Origin: Candidatus Krumholzibacteriota bacterium
Lineage (GTDB): Bacteria > Krumholzibacteriota > Krumholzibacteriia > JAJRXK01
NCBI GenBank assembly: GCA_963806035.1
Contig: CAWDWO010000026.1
Coordinates: 96,001 to 160,000, forward strand
Direction of reading: 5' to 3'
Length of the DNA: 64,000 nucleotides
Part shown: positions 57,570 to 64,000 of the stretch, piece by piece
Layout of the letters: every line of letters begins with the position of its first letter
Numbering within the stretch: position 1 is the stretch's first letter
Notes under the pieces: model-generated
What the model was told of the DNA's origin: nothing
What the model saw: only the letters and a program-made list of their open reading frames with translations
Database searches by the model: none
Position numbers and translations under genes: made by a program

Positions 57570-58517
57570 CTAGCTGCCTTGGGTTTCCTGTGATGCCCGA
57601 TACCACTCCACAGTCCGCCGTAGTCCCTCGTCGAAGGGGATCTGAGCCTCGTATCCCAGCAGCTCTCGGGCCCGTGAAATATCGGCCTGGCTGTGCCGCA
57701 CGTCCCCCGTCCGGACCGGTCCGTGGACGGGATCGAGCGAGCTTCCCACCAGCCTGGCCAGGCGCGCATAGAGTTCGTTGAGCGTGACCCGGTCCCCCAA
57801 GGCCACGTTCACCACCTCCCCGGAGAGCTTGGGCGCCCGCAGGGCGAGGAGATTCGCGTGAACCACGTTCTCCACGTAGGTGAAATCCCGTGACTGCTCG
57901 CCGTCGCCGTGGATGGTCGGAGGCTCCCCCTTCAAGAGAGCGTCCAAGAAGAGCGGAATCACGGCCGCGTAGGGGCTGTCCGGGTCCTGGCGCGGACCGA
58001 AGACGTTGAAGTAACGGATGGCCAGGGTCTCCATGCCGTAGACCTGGGCAAAGACCGACACGTATTGCTCCCCCGCCAGTTTGGCCACCGCGTAGGGAGA
58101 CTTGGGCCTCTCCCGCATGGTCTCCACCTTGGGCAAAACCTCACTGTCGCCGTAGGCCGAGGAGGAAGCGGCATAGATCACTCGCTTCACGCCTTCGTCC
58201 CGGCTCGCAACGAGCACGTTCAATGTGCCCGCTACGTTGACCGCATTGCTGGCCAGTGGGTCCTTCACGCTGCGCGGAACCGAGGCCAGCGCGGCCTCGT
58301 GAAAGACGTAGTCGCAGCCCTTCACCGCCTCGCGCACTTTCTCGAGTTCGGTCACGCTGGCCCGGAAAACTTCGTCGACGCCAGCCGCCTCGACATTGCG
58401 CTCAAATCCGGTCGAGAAGTCGTCGAGGATTCTCACCTCGTCCCCCGCCTCCACCAATGCGGCCGCGATGTGCGAGCCGATGAATCCCGCGCCTCCTGTG
58501 ATCAGGACTTTCGCCAT
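57570..58517 (-). CDS. NAD-dependent nucleotide-sugar epimerase (WbpP-like)
   Basis: TGGAGFIGS, HEAALASVPRS, SSS.YG, SPYAVAK, RYFNVFGPRQDP. Confidence 0.93.
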   Translation of the reverse strand: MAKVLITGGAGFIGSHIAAALVEAGDEVRILDDFSTGFERNVEAAGVDEVFRASVTELEKVREAVKGCDYVFHEAALASVPRSVKDPLASNAVNVAGTLNVLVASRDEGVKRVIYAASSSAYGDSEVLPKVETMRERPKSPYAVAKLAGEQYVSVFAQVYGMETLAIRYFNVFGPRQDPDSPYAAVIPLFLDALLKGEPPTIHGDGEQSRDFTYVENVVHANLLALRAPKLSGEVVNVALGDRVTLNELYARLARLVGSSLDPVHGPVRTGDVRHSQADISRARELLGYEAQIPFDEGLRRTVEWYRASQETQGS

Positions 58518-58534
58518 GAGCTTCTCCTGCCCCT

Positions 58535-59830
58535 CTAGAGTCGATAGAGATGATCGAATGCTTCTCCGCGCAGAGCGTTGCGCGTGTCGACCACGCTTTG
58601 GCAATGCTTGGCGAAGAGGGAGTGGTCGACGTCCGCATGCGCGGTGGTGATGACGGCGCAATCGAATTCCGCAAGTTGCTCCGCGCCGATTTCCACCAGG
58701 CGCTGCGCGTCCAAGGGAAGCGGCAGCTTCTCCACATGCGGATCGTACCACCAGGTCTGAGCTCCCATCTCACTGACCTGTTGCAGTACGTCCAGCGCCG
58801 GCGATTCGCGCGTGTCGTCGATTCCCGCCTTGTAGGCGATGCCGACGATGAGAATCTTGCTGCCGCGGACCGCCTTTCCTCTGTCGTTGAGCGCGCTGGC
58901 CACCAGCTGCAAGACGAAGCCGGGCATGCTGCTGTTGATCACGCCCGCCAGCTCGATGAAGCGCGCCTCGAATCCGTGCGCGCGCGCCTTCCAGCTGAGG
59001 TAGAAGGGATCGATCGGAATGCAGTGTCCACCCAGACCGGGGCCGGGATAGAAGGGCATGAAGCCGAAGGGTTTGGTGGCCGCGGCATCGATGACTTCCC
59101 ACACGTTGATGTCCATCTTGCTGCACATCTGCGCCATCTCGTTCACCAGACCGATGTTCACACTACGGAAGGTGTTCTCCAGCAACTTGACGGTTTCCGC
59201 GACACGAGCGCTGGACACCGGCACCACCTGACTGAGGGAAGCGCGGTACAGCGCGGCCGCGGTCTCGGTGCAGGCGGGCGTGATCCCGCCCACGATCTTC
59301 GGGATGTTCTTGGTGCTGAAGCGTGGGTTGCCGGGGTCGACTCTCTCCGGCGAGAAGGCCAAATAGAAATCCTCTCCCACTTTCAAGCCGGTGCTCTCGA
59401 GCCGGGGCAGGATCACCTCTTCGGTGGTTCCCGGATAGGTGGTGCTCTCCAGGATGATCAGCATGCCGGGATGCAGATTCTCGACGATCTTTTCCACCGC
59501 CGAGTCGATGTAGCTGATGTCCGGATCGCGGGTCTTGGAGAGCGGAGTCGGAACGCAGATGTTCACGCTGTCACAGGACTCTAGGACGCTGAAGTCGGTA
59601 GTGGCGCTCAAACGCCCCTTCGCGACCAGCTGGGCCACCGTGTCGGACTTGACGTCCCCGACGTAGCTCTCGCCGCGCGCGAGCCTCTCCACTTTCCTCG
59701 AATCCAAATCGATGCCGGTGACCGTGAAGCCGCTCTTCGCGTACTCGACGGCCAGGGGCAATCCCACGTAACCCAGCCCGATGACGGCCAGCCGAGCTGA
59801 GCCATCTTTGAGTTTTTCTTGAAATGTCAT
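58535..59830 (-). CDS. UDP-N-acetylhexosamine 6-dehydrogenase (WbpA/WecC family)
   Basis: GLGYVGLP, CVPTP, ESTTYPGTT, SPER, KLLEN, GGHCIP.DP. Confidence 0.94.
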   Translation of the reverse strand: MTFQEKLKDGSARLAVIGLGYVGLPLAVEYAKSGFTVTGIDLDSRKVERLARGESYVGDVKSDTVAQLVAKGRLSATTDFSVLESCDSVNICVPTPLSKTRDPDISYIDSAVEKIVENLHPGMLIILESTTYPGTTEEVILPRLESTGLKVGEDFYLAFSPERVDPGNPRFSTKNIPKIVGGITPACTETAAALYRASLSQVVPVSSARVAETVKLLENTFRSVNIGLVNEMAQMCSKMDINVWEVIDAAATKPFGFMPFYPGPGLGGHCIPIDPFYLSWKARAHGFEARFIELAGVINSSMPGFVLQLVASALNDRGKAVRGSKILIVGIAYKAGIDDTRESPALDVLQQVSEMGAQTWWYDPHVEKLPLPLDAQRLVEIGAEQLAEFDCAVITTAHADVDHSLFAKHCQSVVDTRNALRGEAFDHLYRL

Positions 59831-59832
59831 GA

Positions 59833-60885
59833 TCAATCCTCAGGCGCGGCAGCGTTTGGGACCGGGGGTGAAAGAGGATATCCGATACGGTCCCGGCCCT
59901 CCGACTTGGCGAGGTAGAGGCGGTCATCGGCCCGGCTCAAAAGCTCGCGCGCGGAATCTCCGTCTTCGGGATACACAGCGATCCCCGCGCTGACGGTGAG
60001 CCGGCGCTGAGGATCGTCATGGAAGCGGTGGCCGGCGACCCTGCGGAGCATTCTTTCGGCGAACACGATCGATCCCTCCGCGTTGGTGTTCGGCAGAATC
60101 AAGCTGAACTCATCGCCACCGTACTTGGCGATGATGTCGATTTCGCGGGCGTCGGTTCTCAAGAGGGATCCCATCTCGCGCAAGGCAGAACTCCCGGCCA
60201 GGTGGCCATTCACGTCATTGTATTCTTTGAGGTTGTCGACATCAACCATCACCACCGCGAAGGGCTCCTGGAAGCGGCTGGCCCGCTTCACCTCGCGATG
60301 CAGTGCGTCCATGAAGTAGCGGTAGTTGTACAAACCGGTCAGCCCGTCGGTGCTGGCCTCCGTCTCCAGGCGGTGATAGAGGCGGGCCAACTCCAGGACC
60401 ACCGAGGCCTGGTTGGCCAGAAAGCCGAGCAGCTTGGCGTCCTCCGGAGAGAAGGAGGACTCCTGCGGAAAGACGATGAGAATCCCCCGCGTCTTGCCCC
60501 CCGCGAAGAGAGGCGAGGACATCGGCGGACCGAAGGCAATACTGTCCTTGAAGCTGCCGATTTCTTCCATGAGGAGCTCCGGCGGCTGAAGGAGCGCTTC
60601 GGCCTGCTCCTGCTGGATCCACTTCACCAGATTGGTGCTGCGCGACAGCAGCTGGGCGCTGAGGACCTCCCGGCCCTTCTCGTCTCGCGAGAGGACCAGA
60701 CGGCGAATCCGCTCATTTTCCACCAGGAGCAGATGCACGAAACGGGCATCCAGCAACGAGAGCGCGCTGCGCAGGATCCTCTCCAGAATCTGCTCTTCCC
60801 GATGGGGTCCCGCGCTGATCAAGCCCGAGAGCTCGTAGATCGCCTCAAAGAGGCGTTCCCAGCGGGTACTTTCGTAAGTTTCCAT
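59833..60885 (-). CDS. GAF-GGDEF diguanylate cyclase
   Basis: TDGLTGLYN, D.DNLK.YND..GH, RxxD (REID) I-site, intact GGDEF, AD..LY.AK. Confidence 0.95.
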   Translation of the reverse strand: METYESTRWERLFEAIYELSGLISAGPHREEQILERILRSALSLLDARFVHLLLVENERIRRLVLSRDEKGREVLSAQLLSRSTNLVKWIQQEQAEALLQPPELLMEEIGSFKDSIAFGPPMSSPLFAGGKTRGILIVFPQESSFSPEDAKLLGFLANQASVVLELARLYHRLETEASTDGLTGLYNYRYFMDALHREVKRASRFQEPFAVVMVDVDNLKEYNDVNGHLAGSSALREMGSLLRTDAREIDIIAKYGGDEFSLILPNTNAEGSIVFAERMLRRVAGHRFHDDPQRRLTVSAGIAVYPEDGDSARELLSRADDRLYLAKSEGRDRIGYPLSPPVPNAAAPED

Positions 60886-60925
60886 GGATTTCCCGATCCA
60901 GTGTGCGGTACCTCAGCCGGCAATA

Positions 60926-60941
60926 TGCAACTAGTGTGCCT
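60926..60941 (-). promoter_or_regulatory. Sigma-54 (-24/-12) promoter for the DGC-dehydrogenase-epimerase operon
   Basis: AGGCAC-ACTAG-TTGCA on the - strand, 40 nt upstream of the ATG. Confidence 0.7.
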
Positions 60942-60977
60942 CTGCCTTCCAAGTTCTTCCTCAGCAAGGTTTTACCC

Positions 60978-61253
60978 TCAATCTTCGCCCTCGGGACCGA
61001 TCTCCCGCCGCAGCTTGCTCAGAATTTCGCGCTGCTCGGCGCGCAGCTCACTGATCTCGCGCCAGCCACTACGGGCGCGCAGGAGGCAAAAAATCAGCGC
61101 GAGAGCAGCCAAACCCGGCAGCCCGTAGCGCCAGAAAATCGAGCGATCCGCCAGGTGGGCAGCGGCGACTCTCCACAGAGAGCGCCCCAGGGGAATCATC
61201 ATGAAGGCGAGGGCGAGCCAGAGAATCAGGGAGGTGAATTCACGGGCCAGCAT
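60978..61253 (-). CDS. Small hypothetical membrane protein (2 TM); start uncertain
   Basis: Two hydrophobic helices and a charged tail. Confidence 0.55.
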   Translation of the reverse strand: MLAREFTSLILWLALAFMMIPLGRSLWRVAAAHLADRSIFWRYGLPGLAALALIFCLLRARSGWREISELRAEQREILSKLRREIGPEGED

Positions 61254-61347
61254 TTGCCGGTTGCGGCGGTATTTCTGCAGCAGACGGTTCCCCGAGGCAG
61301 CCCGACCGTCGTGAAAACGCGATCGGTACTTCTCCCGCAGACGCTCG

Positions 61348-61566
61348 CTACGGGCTCCGCTTCGACCGGTCTTCAGGAAGCTCCTCAAAGTCCGCCTCCT
61401 CGATCTTCTGTTCGCTCAGTACCTCGGGCGTCGGCGTCTTGCGCCCTCCCACCGGACCGCTCTGTTGCGAGGAGACCCGCGAGGCGCTTCCCTTGGTGAA
61501 CCACTGGACGAGCCGGCGTACGGCCCAGAACGCCAAGAGCAACAGAAGAACGCGCGTAAGGAACAT
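61348..61566 (-). CDS. Small single-TM protein with acidic IEEADFEE tail
   Basis: MFLTRVLLLLLAFWAVRR...KIEEADFEEL. Confidence 0.65.
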   Translation of the reverse strand: MFLTRVLLLLLAFWAVRRLVQWFTKGSASRVSSQQSGPVGGRKTPTPEVLSEQKIEEADFEELPEDRSKRSP

Positions 61567-61636
61567 AACCGCGGCTGAATCTGAGCGAAAGACGCCACCG
61601 GAACAGCTCGAGGCCCCGTGGACTTTCGGCGGAAAG

Positions 61637-61713
61637 TGGTGTGCCCGGCAGGATTCGAACCTGTGACCTTCGGTTCCGGAGACCGACGCTCTATCCAACT
61701 GAGCTACGGGCAC
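61637..61713 (-). tRNA. tRNA-Arg(CCG)
   Basis: Reverse complement folds as a cloverleaf, TCGGT-CT CCG GA-ACCGA, CCA encoded. Confidence 0.96.
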
Positions 61714-61758
61714 GGCCATCGCAAAGGTCGCGCCGGAAGTCCCGGCGCGACGCAGACC

Positions 61759-61787
61759 AATATGCCAAATCAGCCCTGATGCTGCAA
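61759..61787 (-). promoter_or_regulatory. Putative promoter for tRNA-Arg(CCG)
   Basis: TTGCAG-N17-CATATT on the - strand. Confidence 0.45.
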
Positions 61788-61799
61788 CGACGGAGGGCG

Positions 61800-63020
61800 C
61801 TAGGTGGAGGAGTCCTCGCGCGCGCGCACCGCCTCGACGTCCTTGTCGCCCCGCCCGGAGAGATTGACCAGCACCAGATCGTCCTCGTTCAGCTCGGGCA
61901 TGAGTTCCTCCAGCCAGGCCAGGGCATGCGAGGATTCCAGGGCGGGCACGATCCCCTCCAACTCGCTGAGTCGATGGAACGCCGCCAGGGCCGCTTCGTC
62001 CGATACCTTGGTGAACCGGATGCGTCCCACGCTCTGATAGTACGCGTGCTCCGGGCCGACGCTGGGGTAATCCAAACCCGCCGAGACGCTGTGCGTGGGC
62101 AGCACGTTGCCGTCATCGTCTTGCAAGAGGTAGCTGCGCGTTCCGTGGAGAACTCCGGGACGTCCGGAAAAGAAGCGAGCCGCGTGTTCTCCCCTACCCT
62201 CACCGCGTCCTCCGGCCTCTACCCCGATCATTCGAACCTGGCGGTCACCGAGAAATGCGTGGAAGAGGCCGATGGCGTTGCTCCCCCCTCCCACGCAGGC
62301 CAAGAGATGCGTGGGCAGGGTTCCCGCCTGCGCGAGCACTTGTTGCCGCGCCTCCACTCCGATCACGCTCTGGAAATGGCGCACCATGAGGGGAAAGGGA
62401 TGGGGGCCGAGCACACTGCCCAAGACGTAGTGGGTGCTCTCGACCGAGGCCACCCAATCCCGGATCGCTTCGTTGATGGCGTCCTTCAGCGTGCGGCTTC
62501 CGCTGTCGACCCCGACCACTTCGGCGCCGAGAAGCCGCATGCGATAGACGTTCAGGGCCTGCCGTTCCATGTCCACCGTGCCCATGTAGATCACGCACGA
62601 GAGACCGAGGGCGGCACAGGCGGTGGCGGTGGCCACGCCGTGCTGCCCCGCCCCGGTTTCCGCGATGATGCGCGTCTTCTTCATGCGCTTGGCCAGCAAA
62701 GCCTGTCCCAGGGCATTGTTGATCTTGTGCGCGCCGGTGTGCGCGAGATCTTCACGTTTCAACCAAATCGCCGCGCTCGCGTAGTGTGCGCTCAAACGGC
62801 GGGCAAAGCTCAAGGGTGTCGGACGCCCGGCGTAGTTCTGCAGCAGATCGTTCAGCTCCGCGACGAAGCTGGCGTCCGCGCGCGCCGCCTTGAACGCTTT
62901 CTCCAACTCCATCAGTGGACCCATCAAGGTCTCGGGCATGTAGCGTCCGCCGAAGGGACCGAAGCGTCCGTCCTCCCCCAGACCTTCCTCGAAGACGAAC
63001 TCGGATTCGCCAGCACTCAT
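61800..63020 (-). CDS. trpB: Tryptophan synthase beta chain
   Basis: [52 protein letters not shown]. Confidence 0.98.
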   Translation of the reverse strand: MSAGESEFVFEEGLGEDGRFGPFGGRYMPETLMGPLMELEKAFKAARADASFVAELNDLLQNYAGRPTPLSFARRLSAHYASAAIWLKREDLAHTGAHKINNALGQALLAKRMKKTRIIAETGAGQHGVATATACAALGLSCVIYMGTVDMERQALNVYRMRLLGAEVVGVDSGSRTLKDAINEAIRDWVASVESTHYVLGSVLGPHPFPLMVRHFQSVIGVEARQQVLAQAGTLPTHLLACVGGGSNAIGLFHAFLGDRQVRMIGVEAGGRGEGRGEHAARFFSGRPGVLHGTRSYLLQDDDGNVLPTHSVSAGLDYPSVGPEHAYYQSVGRIRFTKVSDEAALAAFHRLSELEGIVPALESSHALAWLEELMPELNEDDLVLVNLSGRGDKDVEAVRAREDSST

Positions 63021-63649
63021 TGCGTCTCTCCCCCCTCCTTCAAGTCGTGCACTGCTCTGGCGAAGGCCGCCAGTTTGTCCGGGTCCTTCAGCCCAGGTGC
63101 GCTCTCGACCCCGCTGGAGACGTCGACCGCGAAGGGATGCACCTGGCTGATGGCCCGCGCCACGTTGACCGCGGTGAGTCCGCCCGACAGAAAGATCCGG
63201 CGGCGTTTGGCCAAGGAGACGGCGAGCTGCCAGGGAAAGACCTGCCCGCTGCCGCCGCCCGAAGGCGAGGCGCTATCGAGGAGGGTGGCCCAGCTCGAGT
63301 CGCGCAGGCGCGAAGGGGCCACGCGCGCCTGCGTCACCGCCCGCGCTTCGATCACGCGCACCGGCAATCCCAACCACTCCTCGCCGCGTTCACTTCCGTG
63401 CAGTTGCACCAGATCCAGATCGAGTTGCTCCACCAGCTCCGCCACTTCTTCGTAGCTTTGGTCGCGGAACACTCCCACTAGCTCGGCTCTCTCGCGCAGC
63501 TCGTCCAGCCAGGGACGGATGTCCTCCGGCCGTACCCGGCGCGGACTCTCAGCGAAGACGAAGCCCAGGTAGTCCGCCCCGTGACGCAGCGCGCACTGCG
63601 CATCCTCGGCGCGCGTCAAACCGCAGATCTTCAGGCGCACCGACTTCAT
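63017..63649 (-). CDS. trpF: Phosphoribosylanthranilate isomerase
   Basis: KICGLT, SPRRV, VGVF, QLHG.E, GG.G..F.W, DVSSGVE..PG.KD. Confidence 0.95.
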   Translation of the reverse strand: MKSVRLKICGLTRAEDAQCALRHGADYLGFVFAESPRRVRPEDIRPWLDELRERAELVGVFRDQSYEEVAELVEQLDLDLVQLHGSERGEEWLGLPVRVIEARAVTQARVAPSRLRDSSWATLLDSASPSGGGSGQVFPWQLAVSLAKRRRIFLSGGLTAVNVARAISQVHPFAVDVSSGVESAPGLKDPDKLAAFARAVHDLKEGGETQ

Positions 63650-64000
63650 GGCGTCTCCTGGAAGAGCTGGGCAAAACGCTGACGCGGACTCTCGCCGCGC
63701 ATCAGGCCCTCGCCCACCAAGGCGGCATCCACCGGACTCTGCGCGGCCCGGCGCGCATCCTCGACGGCAAGAATCCCGCTCTCCACCACGCACACCCGTT
63801 CCCGCGGGACCCTGGCGCACATCTTGAGTGCTTTCTCAAGGTCTACACGGAAAGTACTCAAATCACGCGCATTACAACCTATGATCGGAAGCTCCAACGC
63901 CAGGAGCCGCCGCAGCTCCTCCTCGCCGTGCGCCTCGGCCAGGGTCTCCAGGCCCAACTCCTGTGCGCGATCCCTGAAGGCGAGCAGTTGCTCGTCGGAG
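63646..64000 (-). CDS. trpC: Indole-3-glycerol-phosphate synthase, C-terminal part (truncated by window end)
   Basis: LGLE.L.E.H, IIG.N.RDL.TF.VD, ESGI, LVGE.LM. Confidence 0.92.
   Translation of the reverse strand, partial: SDEQLLAFRDRAQELGLETLAEAHGEEELRRLLALELPIIGCNARDLSTFRVDLEKALKMCARVPRERVCVVESGILAVEDARRAAQSPVDAALVGEGLMRGESPRQRFAQLFQETP

Overview
High-GC bacterial chromosome segment. PorV-like, DUF5683-like and Big_5 proteins together with lapA/lapB/lptE suggest an FCB-related diderm lineage (inference only). The window appears to span the replication terminus. Almost all genes run on + up to about 39.3 kb and on - after about 39.5 kb, converging on a 28-bp XerCD dif-like site at 39407-39434. 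The left arm is housekeeping: hslU, argF, dapF, rpsT, uvrC, xerD, scpAB, rluB, hisC, aroA, a cmk-plsC fusion, rpsA, mtaB, miaB, lapAB, mutS, mutL, miaA, der, plsY, gpsA, surE, pcm, an nlpD-like gene, apt and four tRNAs. A sigma-54-promoted multi-GAF protein with a degenerate GGDEF domain sits between mutS and mutL. The right arm carries trxA, holA and lptE, then a roughly 19-kb accessory locus, and ends with tRNA-Arg and trpB/trpF/trpC (no adjacent trpA). The accessory locus is the strongest candidate for an undescribed system. It combines a diguanylate cyclase, nucleotide-sugar enzymes, a PEP-CTERM protein, Wza/Wzc/BY-kinase, a PorV-like beta-barrel, exosortase plus EpsI, several uncharacterised envelope proteins, a priming sugar transferase and a sigma-54 two-component pair. 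All calls come from reading motifs by eye; no database search was run.
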